A stretch of DNA of 63,872 nt, counting the filler, from Reticulomyxa filosa (Eukaryota; Protista; Foraminifera): assembly GCA_000512085.1 (NCBI GenBank). It is 20 parts of 20 records of this genome, joined end to end, with 100 filler letters (N's around TTAATTAATTAA, not from the genome) between each part and the next. Parts side by side here need not be neighbours in the genome. Positions count along the whole stretch, not along the records: positions 30,628 to 49,023 come from ASPP01011668.1; positions 49,124 to 58,299 come from ASPP01027115.1; 18 more parts are not named here. One strand, written 5' to 3'. Positions 41,138-53,103 of the stretch are shown one piece after another. Under the pieces are notes generated by a model, which was not told the DNA's origin, did no database searches, and saw only the letters and a program-made list of their open reading frames with translations. A program made the position numbers and the translations under genes. Every line of letters begins with the position of its first letter. The stretch's first letter is position 1.

Positions 41138-42168
41138 ATGTCTTTACTTAACACCATTCACGAGTATGAGAACATAATACTTACGTTTTTTAATGAAGGA
41201 CAGCATCAAAACGACAAGTATCGACCTTATCCAAAAGGGTTACCTGGATTTGGTCCGACGTATTCGTTTCCGTTTGTGCCTTTGGAGCAAGCATTGTTTC
41301 CAATTGGATTTTATATAGCTCTCATTTTGTTTGGTCTTTTGTTTATGCGCGAGGGTCGTCAAATGCTCAGCAAGGAGACAGTGTATCCTCTGAAGTTTGT
41401 GTACAATTTTATTCAAGTTTTTTTATGTGGGTACATGACCGTGGAAGCGTTATTTTTAAAGTATCGTTACGGGATTCCACTTTATCCCTTTTCCCACAAA
41501 GAGTGTGCTATGTTTGACGGCGTGAATCCTCGTGTGGCAAATTTATTGTGGTTATTTTATGTAAGCAAAATATTGGACTTTGCAGATACGTTTTTTATTG
41601 TTGTCGGCGGAAAAGTGAACCAATTTTCGTTTTTGCATGTTTATCATCATTTGTCCGTGTTCATGTAAGAGTTTTTTTTTTTGCTATCGGGTAAAGAAAA
41701 ATACTTTTTTTTTCCTTCTTCTTATTGTTTACAGAGTATTTTGGATAAACGCCAACGTAGCATATGATTCAGAGATTGTTTCCACGGTGGTATTAAATGC
41801 ATTTGTGCATACTATCATGTACGGTTTTTGTACAAGATTTTTTGTTTTTTTGGGGGTGGTCTCATACGCGCCTTTTTTTTTTTTGCCACAGGTACAGCTA
41901 TTATTTAATTACGATGCACACAGATAATGTGTGGTGGAAAAAATACGTGACACAAATTCAGCTGCTCCAATTTACAGCGATGTTGATGAACGGTGCATTT
42001 TTGTTAATATTTGACTGCGCAATCCCGACACGAACGGTCATCCTGTATGTGGTTTATGTAACAAGCCTGTTCTTGTTGTTTGTCAACTTTTATTCCAGAA
42101 GTTACAACGCAAAAAAACACGATTCAAAAAAAACTGAGCTAACGAATACTGACAACAAAAAACAGTAA
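41138..42168 (+). CDS. Fatty acid elongase (ELO/ELOVL family), 3 exons
   Basis: SKILDFADTFFIV, the histidine box FLHVYHH, NAFVHTIMY and KKYVTQIQLLQF. Confidence 0.95.
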
Positions 42169-43461
42169 ATAATTAAAAAATTATTTTTTTATAAACCAGT
42201 ATGAGTTATAATAATCTGATTGAAAGTGAAAACGGTTGTGTTGTAAAGTTTTATTAGAAATCTTCGAAAAAAAAAATTTATCATTATTGATCGATGTCTA
42301 TTAATAACAATAGCGAAATTATAAACCATTTTTTTAAAAAACTTATAACGATACGAATTTTATTCGACCATAAATCAATCCTTTATTTGTTTTTCTAACA
42401 ATTATAGAAATCTTGTATGTACCTATGCATTGCATCTTCAAGTGCAAGGCTTTTGTTTGAGTACTTGATTGAACGACGTTTCGGATTGAATTTGATTATT
42501 TTTATACTATTTTCAATTTTAAAGCAAATTCCAAAAAGGTGTGGAATAAAGAAAAAAAACATGCTAATCTCCGATAATCGTTTTATCGTGCTTAATCATT
42601 TAACAGCGAGTAATCGAACAAAACACAAATACGCAATGAAATTCAAAACAAGACGTACTTCACAATTTTTCTTTCTGTTTTCAAAATACAGAAGTTAGCA
42701 AAAAAAAAATAGCCGACTGATTATACACTTTATGAAGATTGTAGGGAAAAGCTACTGTTTAATGTCAAGGTTCAAGTAAACCTTGAAACTCCTTTTCCAA
42801 AACTTCTCTTTTTTTCTGTTGTTTTCACAAATAAAATATTGTTTAATTGATTTAAAACAAAAGTGAATGTTGCATTATCAATATTATATCAATTTGTGGA
42901 ATTTGCTTCTTGACACAAAGTGTAATACGAAAATCTCACTATATGTGATACTTTTCAATAAGAACAAATAAATTTAAATCAAATAGAAATAACAGCCAAC
43001 AAAACAGAAAAAAAAATAAAATATAATGAAGTATTTTAGTAGAAAAGTTTTTGAGAAAAACGGATTTAAGATTCGATTGATCAAATAGTATGGCATTACA
43101 TTAACATTCATCACTATTTGCATCATCATGGCAACATCTGATTGTGCGACTATTGTATCTCGTGTGAATTTGTTCATTTTGTATGCTTCTTTTTAATATA
43201 TTGTATCAGTTTTGTTCAACAACTACAGTGATTGCAACGACCTACAATTTAGATTGTTCTCAATCCAATCGAGAATCTTTGGCGAATTATAAAGATGAGG
43301 TTAAATCTTTGGAGCAACTTTGGGAGGTGTCTGAGAAAGAATAGAAATGGATTGACAAAGATATTTGTAGAACGTTGTGATCAAAGCAAGGTGTGGGCAT
43401 ACGAAATATTAAGTTTTTTGTTAGTTGTAACGGTAGTTATTATATATATAATGTAGAATCA

Positions 43462-43705
43462 TCTTCTTGTAAATAATTTTGTAAAAAGCAAATACATTCT
43501 TCTACCTACCTCAATGTGGTGTGGAGATTGTGCTTCAATTAAAATCATTTTTGAAAATTTTTTTCTTACAACAACTTTTATAAATTTTTGTTTATTGTTT
43601 TTACAAACTACTTATAAAAGTGTAACGTATATCCAGTAAACCGAAAAAATCATCAAAATTTTATACTAAAATTTTTGCTAGAAACACAAAAAGTTCATAT
43701 TTTAG
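43462..43705 (+). repeat. Interspersed AT-rich repeat, copy B
   Basis: Direct-orientation copy of 40199-40392 with several small insertions. Confidence 0.9.
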
Positions 43706-44665
43706 GGTCTAATTTTTTTTTGTCGAAACTGTACATGTAAATATACATATATTAAGTCTAATTTTGAAAATATATTTTTATTGCCAATTTTTTGATAAAT
43801 CATTCATTTAGCAGTTGACATTAGTCAAAGATTGTAGCTTAGTTCAATTTTCGATAATTTATGAAAATGCTTAATGTACTTCATTTCTTTTTTAATAATA
43901 AAACTGGTGCAGAAAATTGAGATGACTTTTACTTATTACTATGCTTTACAGTTTTGTGACTTGCATTTTTACTTCTTGATACATATTATTGATAACATAG
44001 TGTTTGTGCTCGACATGTTTTTTGAGAATTTAGCTCCAATTTCATTTCGACATCTGTTATTTGTCCAATATAGAATGGATTTGAACAATATGATTTCTAC
44101 GTATTGTGGCTAGGTCTCACTTACAATGTTCAATGATGCAACATTTGTACTTTGAATAATTGTTCAAAGATTGATATTATTACAATCTATTTTCGATAAT
44201 GTATAAGGTATCATAATGTTTGCAATTTTTTCTGCAAGCTACTGTAGTTTGTAAAAATCTTGAAAATATATCATTTTCCTTTTAAATATTTTTAATTTTT
44301 CTGTTAAAAATGTATGCTGTGTAAGAAAGAAGTAAATTGGAATTTTTTAATTTAGTGAACGTATAAATGTGAGTTTTGCATTAATTACTCAATTATTTAT
44401 AAACATTACAAACTTGTAGAATTAATCAAGATAATTTTACTTATCCAATTCTAAACTAACATATTAAATTAAATTATGATTTACATAGAATCCCATTTTG
44501 TTTTCAGAGTTTTACATAAATTTTATTTTCTGAACAGCTAACATGCTCAACAGTATTTGCAAAATGTTAAAAAATTTAGTCTTGACGAGCTAATATTTTC
44601 CAGCGTGCTCTTGTTTCGAAAGGAGAGTAAAGGGAAAGCCAGTTCAAAAAACGAACTAAACAAAA

Positions 44666-45637
44666 TGAAAAGCATGAGATGGAATCCCAAAGGCACGAAG
44701 GTATCCATGTTTACTCTTCAAATTTTTCCAAGGCGGTTATTTGGAACCCAAGCTTTAGAGAATAAAGAGCTTGGAGAAATCCGACAGAAACTTATCAACT
44801 TGTACAAGATGTTAGGGCACTTGAAATTACAAGACCAATCAACAATCACTGCAGCCACTCAATTTCCAAACATCCACAGACCGGTAAACCAGCATTTATT
44901 CAAGCAATTGGGGTTGACTGGGGATCATTGAAATGAGTGATTTGATATCCGTAGACCTCGCTAGTGGGAAATTGATTGATGACAACAAAGACATTGATAT
45001 TGCAACTGTTGACTATGAAACGGCCGCGTTAGCAACACACCGAGGAGTATATTTGAAAAGACCAGATATTCGATGTGCAGCGCACACTCACAGTGTTCAT
45101 ATTTCTGCACTGAGCACATTGGAACCTCCGCATAATCGTATACTTCCCATCCATCAGGGTTGTATACGTTTTACTGGTATGATCATAAAGTGTTTGTGCA
45201 TCCTACATTTTCAAAAAAAAAAACACATGGTTTAAACATATGAAAGAACTGCCTTCCATTAATCAATAAAAAAAGGTGGAGTTAATCGAGTATATTATGA
45301 CGATCACGGATTTGATGGATTTGTAAACACTAGTGAACACACAAAACAGATGTGCGAATATTTGGGAAATGAAGAAAAAATGGACATTGTAGTTATGAGT
45401 AATCATGGAATAGTCGTTACTGGTGCAAGTCCAGAATTGGTGTTTGATCGTATTGTGGCGTTAGAAAACTCTGCTAAACTTCAATTGCTGGCAGTCAGTA
45501 CACAACAGCCTTTACGCCTCATTGATGAAAAGGTCGTTCAGAAAACTGGCAAAGAATGGAGGCAGGTTGAACCCAGATATGCTCAAGCACATTTTAATGC
45601 TTTTCTTAAATACATGGAACGAAATAAATTTTTGTAA
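44666..45637 (+). CDS. Class II aldolase/adducin-head family protein (frameshifts near 44900-44932)
   Basis: HRGVYLKRPDIRCAAHTHS and VMSNHGIVVTG provide the Zn-binding histidines; SDLISVD also fits the family. Confidence 0.85.
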
Positions 45638-46979
45638 CAATTGAAAATAAAATTTTTATTTTCAGTTTGTTGCTATTCTTTTTCTTTTAACTAACTTCTA
45701 GAACACTAATTCTTAATTTTTTCAAACAGTGCTATAACTATTATAAAACATAACATAAAACTTGAAATATAGAAATGTAAATTTTTACAAAAACAAATAG
45801 TGTGTTTGGTCATGTTATATCAAAAAAGAAAATATATGCAAAACACAAGTAATAGTCATACTTTAATGTAATATAAGACTCAACATATAATATTTGAAAA
45901 TAAACATATACTTAAACATTATTTCAACGTTAGTTATAACATATTGTTGTATGTTAGTGGTCAACGTGCACAGCAATAAATCGAATAATGAACATAGGTT
46001 TGTATGTACATATAAAATTAGTCTAAGACACAAATATCGACCTGTTTACAATAAAAACTTTGAAAGATATTCAAATAACCTAAGTCACAAATTAAAGATT
46101 ACAACGTTATGTTCATAAGACTAACAATAAGAAATAATATATACTTGTACTGTAAAATGTATAGATCACATGATAAAAAGTAATTGTAGTGTCTAAAAGT
46201 GTTTCACCCTTGAAACTTTTGTCATGTAAGACAGCGATATTTTATAGTTAGAAAAAATTACTACTGTGCAGAAACACTGTCATTTTTGTTTAAAAAAATT
46301 TTTGATCGGAAAGCATATTGCCTCAAAGGAGCGTGTAACGTACTTCGTGATATATAGTGATAGTTGATTTCATCATTTCAATGTTTTATTTTTTAATTTA
46401 TTTTTAAATTGCTTTGCTGCATTCTAGATCCGTTTCCGTACAAGAAAACGAAGATATTTTAGAAAGATACCTTGGAAGTTGTTTCAACTAATAGAGTATT
46501 GCTTGTATTTTATATTATATTCAAAAAAATAAAAAGATTTACAATATTATCAATATTTATACATGAATTCATCGTCAATTCTACAATGTACACAAGCAAT
46601 TGCTTGCTGTTTTTATGTTGTTTGAATATTCTATTTTCGATTGAGATAAAGCGTTTCATTCATTTTTGCCAATTGTTTATCACAAAATGCTTAATTATTT
46701 ATATTTCAATTTTTTTTTCTCATTGCTTTTACTCATAATTAATTTCTTTTTAATTGAAATAGTCACAATTGTTAAACTTTTTTAAATCACTTGTTGTATG
46801 CACATAAGTCAAAAAATAACATTGAACAAGTCAAAGAATTTTTTTAAAAATAAAAATTATTGTGATCATATTTGCTTTTTTTTCGTTGATTTTTACGTAA
46901 ATCTTTTACATTATCAACGCTAACTTGAATACATTTACATTTGATGTCTTCGCCTTTCAATTGGTTTTTTGCAACAAAT

Positions 46980-48650
46980 TATCGATTTTTCAATAAATAA
47001 CCTTCTACGATAGTTTCTTTATATACTTTATATGTTTCAGTGTCAGCAAAAGGATAGTCTAGTTTTTTGTTGTTCCAGTCTTATCAACATAAAATGTTTT
47101 GAACAAGTCAAACTTATTCCAAAGTTGGTGCAATAAATACTTTCTTCCTCCGATGTACGAAAACCAACGACTTTTGACTTGGTCAAAGCTTTTTCCTTCC
47201 AAACTTAACACACGCCAATGGCAATAATATAAGCCTTCAACTCGCACAAGTAATCAGTCCAATTCGCACACCATGCGCAAAGATGATTATATGTTTCCAA
47301 GTACTGCACAACTAAATTTGAATCGTTGATCATACATGATCCACTGATACCCATTCGCATTGGTGTCGTGGCTGTACTTTGGCCTTGGAGGACGTCTGTG
47401 TTCATCAAAGTACGTTCTGCAATTTTTTTTGATATTGTTTGAGTTCGCAAAAGGTACAGATGGATATAAACGTTGATAATAAAGTTGTTGATGTTGCGGT
47501 CGACGATCACATCATCTCCAACCGTACGGTGTTCAAAAGGGTTTTGCTCCATAAAACTGTTGTTTGCTTCTGCTAGTAACAACACAATAAAAAAAAATGA
47601 TAGTGAAAAAGAAAAGAAAGCCAATGACACGAAACTTGTATCATTTGACTTTTTTTTTTGCACTGTATTGTACCTTCATAAAAAGAATGATATGATCTCA
47701 GTTGCATTTGCAAATGTTCGTTTTCGACAACAACGTGCTTTTTAACTTGCGAATGCTCAAATTGTCAAAATCAGTCAGCAAATGTCCGGTTCTATGATGA
47801 CAATCCATCGTTGCGACATTGTCATATTTGCGTGCAAGGACGTACCATTATCAAATAACTCAATTTTATATTGTCGCTCTTCATGTTCATACATCTTTTT
47901 ACTTACATTCACGTCGACATGTTTTCTTTCATGCATTCTCTTTATCTTCATTTTTTTTTTCTCATTCATTGCCGAATATGTTGTTTTGTCTTCGTATTCA
48001 ACACTTTTTTTCTGACGTTTTTTTTTAGTTTGGCTTTTTTATCATCGTCAGCATTTTCGTCTTTGCTTTGAGTGTTGCTATATTTCTTACTTTTTTTTCC
48101 TCCAATTCTACTTTCACCTTCTCATATTTCTATCTATCTTTATCTTTTTCATCATTATTGTTGTTGTTATCACTATCACTAGTCTCATTGGCACTGTTAT
48201 CATTGTCATCATTGTTGTCTTTGTTATCATTGTCGTCATCATTGTTACTGGATTCCTTTTCATCTTCCACATCCACCTTGATCGTCTGCACTTTGGATTC
48301 CCCATTGGCATCTGCGCTTCGAATGGCTACCCTTGTTCGATCGTACAAATGTTCGTCAAGTTCTTACATAGTCTTTTACTCCAGATGTTCGCTAAACAAT
48401 GCAAACTGTATGTCTTTCTTCTTTTTCGGGACAACTTTTGCATCTGGAATAGATTTGTGTATGTTTATGTTTATAATTCATTTTACAAATAGTTTTGTTG
48501 CTGCAACAACAAATCGCCACATAACAGGCCCCGGAAGGAATCGACGATCTTGTACATACACTTGTCTTCGAACACATACAAGACGACGAAAGCGATGAAC
48601 ACAATGACATGCTCCAAGATGATAGTCCTGACGACCAATGGGCACTTCAT
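46980..48650 (-). CDS. Hypothetical multi-fragment gene with acidic D/N tract
   Basis: Several overlapping minus-strand ORFs of coding-like composition; no family recognised. Confidence 0.3.
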
Positions 48651-49123
48651 TGACTTGTTTCTTGTTTGTGTGTTGTTTCTATTTTTTTTTTATGTTTTTT
48701 TTCTAAACTTTTTGCTTTCGTTTGGTGGTTTTATTGTTCTTTTTTCAACTTTTTTTTTTTGCACATTAAAAAATGTGATAAAAAAATTGGCAAAAAAGCT
48801 CAGTATAAAATGTTCTGGAATCACTTCTGAGCCAAATGAGCATCCTCATTACCAGTTTGTAACTCAACGAAATACGATTGTCAATAGTTCAAAAATGAGA
48901 TCATGTCCGAGAAAAAAACTCCTCTTTCGCATGTTGCAATAGTAACCGTTTTGAAAAAGTAAATTGACCAAACAAACGCCCAAAAAAAAGCGTTATTTTG
49001 AAAAACTCTTTTCATAAAATTAANNNNNNNNNNNNNNNNNNNNNNNNNNNNNNNNNNNNNNNNNNNNTTAATTAATTAANNNNNNNNNNNNNNNNNNNNN
49101 NNNNNNNNNNNNNNNNNNNNNNN

Positions 49124-50170
49124 TTTGTTTAATTTGTAAACAAATTGCCAATGATCAAGACCTAAATGAGTCATTGATTATTGGAGAAAGCTGTTTAACA
49201 ATTTCATAATGCGAACCATCAATATTCTAAAAGTAAATCTTTGCAATTACTTATTGGCTAATTAATGGTAATATGTCCACGACAATTTGAAAGAGATTTA
49301 CAAACATCTGATCAATATCAATAACAAGAAGGAGAAACATCGGGAATGATTTTGTATGATTTCAAAGGTACTATTCTTTTTTTTATTTCTGCTTTATGGA
49401 GAGAAAACCACTAAAAGGATATGGAGTTATCAATTTGCCATTATTGAGCAAAAGCGTAAAAAATATCACGTCAAAATATAAGAGATGTTTTCACTGATAA
49501 ATGTTACAAAAGTAATTTTACATTCTTAGAAAAGTCTAAAATATGTTTGTGAAGTGAATTAATCCACTCCCTGATCCATACTCCATATACGATTTACATA
49601 TCCAGCAAAAGTCTTGATTAATTTGGCAGAACGAAATAAATCAAATTTACAATTATTATCATTGATATATTTCTTTTGTCCATTGGATGAATTATTTTTC
49701 TTTTTCAATGAACTATTTTTTCATTAATTCAAAGTCAGCACGATGTTTAAGCAATTCTTGTTCATATTTCTTTATTTCATTATCTTTTCTTTGCACTTTC
49801 AATTTCAATTTTTCATTTTTAACTTTAGTTGACGTATTTCTTCTAATTATTTGTTTGGAGGTTTTCAGGTAACAGAAGGATAGAGTATTTAAACTAAAAA
49901 CATCTCTGCGAATTTGACTCAAGTATTTTTTTTTCTTAATTCAATTTTGACAAATAATTTGACTTTCTTGCTCTTCCAAAGAATATAAGAAAATAACTTG
50001 AGACCATTACCGGAACCATCTTTTTTCATTATTTTTTAGATCTTGATTAAATGGTACAAACTCAAAAGAATATATCACATCATTATCATCAAACCCTTTG
50101 ATCTCGTGTAATTGTTTGTTAGTTCGAATGTACCAAAATCGAATCGTATTGTCAATTGGTCCAGAACATT
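49124..50170 (-). pseudogene. Decayed WD40/coiled-coil family gene fragments
   Basis: The minus strand reads FDLFRSAKLIKTFAGYVNRIWSMD (~49575-49650), carries a coiled coil at 49713-49922, and a TIR.FW.IRTNKQLHEIKG WD-like remnant at ~50100-50150, all broken by stops. Confidence 0.55.
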
Positions 50171-50271
50171 ATCAAAGAATATCAGTTTCCACAAGGAAAA
50201 AAGGAGAATAATCGACAAATGCAATTGGAAAAGGACTGTTTTGTAGTTGACTGTGCTTTTTTACGTCAAAC

Positions 50272-50299
50272 CGTATGGCACAAAAACTTAGATTTAAAA
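50272..50299 (+). repeat. 28-bp inverted repeat, left arm (pairs with 52777-52804)
   Basis: CGTATGGCACAAAAACTTAGATTTAAAA versus the reverse complement of 52777-52804, CGTATGGCACAGAAACCTAAATTTAAAA: 25/28 identical. Confidence 0.85.
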
Positions 50300-50417
50300 G
50301 TCCACTGTTTGACAAAAAACTGACAAATATTTTTTCAATTTAAAGTAAAGATCTGCAGTCGAGTTTAACAGTCGGTATTTTGTATCAGTTAGTCAAGTGA
50401 AATCGTCATTAGAAAAG

Positions 50418-51490
50418 ATGAGTGCCAGCAGCTTCAACCTCGTTGCGCTTGAAAAATTCGCAACAAGGATATTTGTTGCACGAGTATCTTTTTCATTGCG
50501 GAAACCATAAAGATAGCTACAATTTGTGCGTGAGGTACGAAAAGGCGGCCAGGCTCAAATGTAAAAAAATTGTCTATCATAAAGTACTCTTATCACAAAG
50601 TCATGAAGATGAGATTAACAATTCATCCTCCACAATTCATCAATTAAATTTGTTCACAGACCAAGACAACGCTACATTGACCAACAAACAAAAAACAAGC
50701 ACTAGTAACACACAAGACATTGGCAGCAACGCAACGGGAAACGAATGTAAAGTATTGTTCATGTACACAAACTACTGCTCGGCCACCGGCAAGTACTTTT
50801 ATTCAGTAGCTGCAGATAGTTGCACAACCACGCAATTTCGGCAACAGTGCGGTCCCCAACACTCATATATACTTCTAAATTTCAACCAAGTCGCATATAA
50901 ATGCAACTGAAAAAGCTTCTTAACCATCGACACTCTTCGACGACTCGTCAGTATCACCCATTCAGATTTACTGTGCATTAGACCACTGTACATTTTCGAT
51001 ACAAAACAAAATTATATAAAAATAGATCAAAATCAAGTCACAGCATCAATTGGGTACACACAGTGGATGCAGTGCATAAATGTCCAATAACGTTTTTCAC
51101 CCATTCTCGTCCAACTTGCAAGTGACTAGCAAGATGATTGCGCCGTTGTGCGAAAAGACAATTAGGGGATACAATGCATTATTTTTCACCTATGGGCAAA
51201 CGGGGACAGGTAAATCTTTCTCCATTTATGGCGATCCAGAGAGTCTCGGAAGCCAACATAATGCCATTCTTACATTCGCCATCAAATATTTATTGTCCAA
51301 CAAAGCTGCAACAGAGACCATATTATCATTATCGGCGGTGGAAATATATGACACCAATCCGGCCAGAGCACAATGCTTTGATCTCATCCTTCCAGCGAAT
51401 CTTGAGGCATCCACATGTGATAACAAAATTGCGTTGCAAGATATTAACCAATGCAAGCCACATTTTGTATTGACAATAACACAAAATGAC
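50418..51490 (+). pseudogene. Decayed paralog of the retrotransposon zinc-finger/kinesin ORF
   Basis: Shares the ATGAGTGCC start, EYLFHCGNH...YNLCV, PLYIFDTKQNYIKID...TASIGYT and CEKTIRGYNALFFTYGQTGTGKSFSIYGD with 56112-58178. It has frameshifts and stops and lacks switch II onward. Confidence 0.85.
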
Positions 51491-52776
51491 GAAGAATATT
51501 TAATATATTTTTGATATTTGTATTATCTATTGAATAATTACAAAAAAAAAACTGGTTGTATATGTTTACAAAATTTTCTGAATCGAATTTGCGACAAAGT
51601 CAAAAATATTTGAAAGAAAATAATTTTCAGTGTGAATCCACTCAAATTGACATAAGAACAGTCAATATAAACATATTAGATAATGCAAGAATTGCATTGA
51701 CTTGCTTAATGTTTCGTTTCAAGAACAAACATTATTGATACAAATGATAAATTTGATCCAAAAATCAAAAATGAAGATAAGTTAAAAAGCGAATACGAGT
51801 TGTTGATCGAAAATCTTGCGGATAACGTAGAAAATTGCGACGAAATCAAAGACTATGTGTCACTGATTTTTGTTTCTAACTTGTACAAAGAAATTTGTAT
51901 ATATTATTAATTTACTTCATTATTTGATTTTAATACTTTATAATTATTTATTATAACGAAGTAATATTAATTTTGTTGACTAGATTGTACAAATTAGAAG
52001 CTATTCATTATGGACAGTTACAAAAGTATTTATACTAATGGCATATCAAATATTGTATCTGTACTTTGTAAAATAATTAAGTACAAACTAAATTAAAAAA
52101 AGAAAAAGTTTAAATAAAACAAAAGAAATAAAAATTAAAACAAAAATATATATGAAACAATTCAAATTTAGTATTGACAAGTGAAAATTTATATGCAGAA
52201 ATTATATAGTAAATGTGAATATTTGATTATGCTATAGCATTTGTAATAAATGAAATTATATTCAGCGCTAGTGATGACCTAAATCAGATAACAATCATGA
52301 CAATGATAACAGCAATGCATGTGATTGCAATTATTATAATAATATAATTAAATAAAAATTTTCTTTTGTATTAGTCGTTATATTCTTTTGGCATTTTAGG
52401 TATTCTAGTTGTTCTAAGATCGACATTTTTTTTTTTGGAATAGAACTGCAATAGCGCACTTGAAATTTCATATACTTTAACATAGTATTTTTCAAATCTC
52501 TTTCTTTTTATTAAATAGTTTTTCAAATAGATGAAGTTTTTTAGTATGATCCTAAGTTTATGTTCTTTGAATTAAATAACATAGTAATTATATACAGGAC
52601 ATAACAATTTGTACACGTATCCTTGAAAGCACTTTTTTTTAAAATAGATTTATTGCAAAAAAAAAAACTCAGGACCCAGGTAAAACAAATTTGTCGAATC
52701 CTTAAAACCAATTTTTTATGATGTAGAAAATTAAAATTGAAGATACATAAAGTTTATTAAAAAAATGACGTTATAT

Positions 52777-52804
52777 TTTTAAATTTAGGTTTCTGTGCCA
52801 TACG
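52777..52804 (-). repeat. 28-bp inverted repeat, right arm
   Basis: See 50272-50299. AAAC lies immediately outside both arms (50268-50271 and 52805-52808). Confidence 0.85.
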
Positions 52805-52824
52805 AAACCTTATTCTTGTGTGAA

Positions 52825-52882
52825 ACAAATTCCAAAAGGGCGCTGTCAAATTTTTTTTTATGAAATCAAACGAGAATGCGAA
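52825..52882 (+). repeat. 58-bp direct repeat, copy 1 (3' flank of the retroelement)
   Basis: ACAAATTCCAAAAGGGCGCTGTCAAATTTTTTTTTATGAAATCAAACGAGAATGCGAA; 55/58 identical to 58242-58299. Confidence 0.95.
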
Positions 52883-53103
52883 CGGTTTTTTTAAATTTCC
52901 TATGGATTTTTCTGCAGAAAAAAAATTTGTCGATGTTTTTAAAAACGCAAAATTTAATTTATTAAATAAATTGAAAGAGTTGATGGGTGTGAAAGCACAC
53001 TTTAACAAAATATTTTAGCACTTTTTATTTTGGGAAATTTTAATTGAAAGTTTTATTTTTGAATTGTTGTTGTTTGTAGAATATGTGTGCCAGGTGTTGA
53101 TAG

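Noticed and set aside
52825-52882. Direct repeat as a tRNA, U snRNA or LTR
   Set aside because: No cloverleaf, no U1/U2/U5/U6 signature, no TG..CA ends or PBS, and the RT is non-LTR type. It is kept only as an unexplained repeat.
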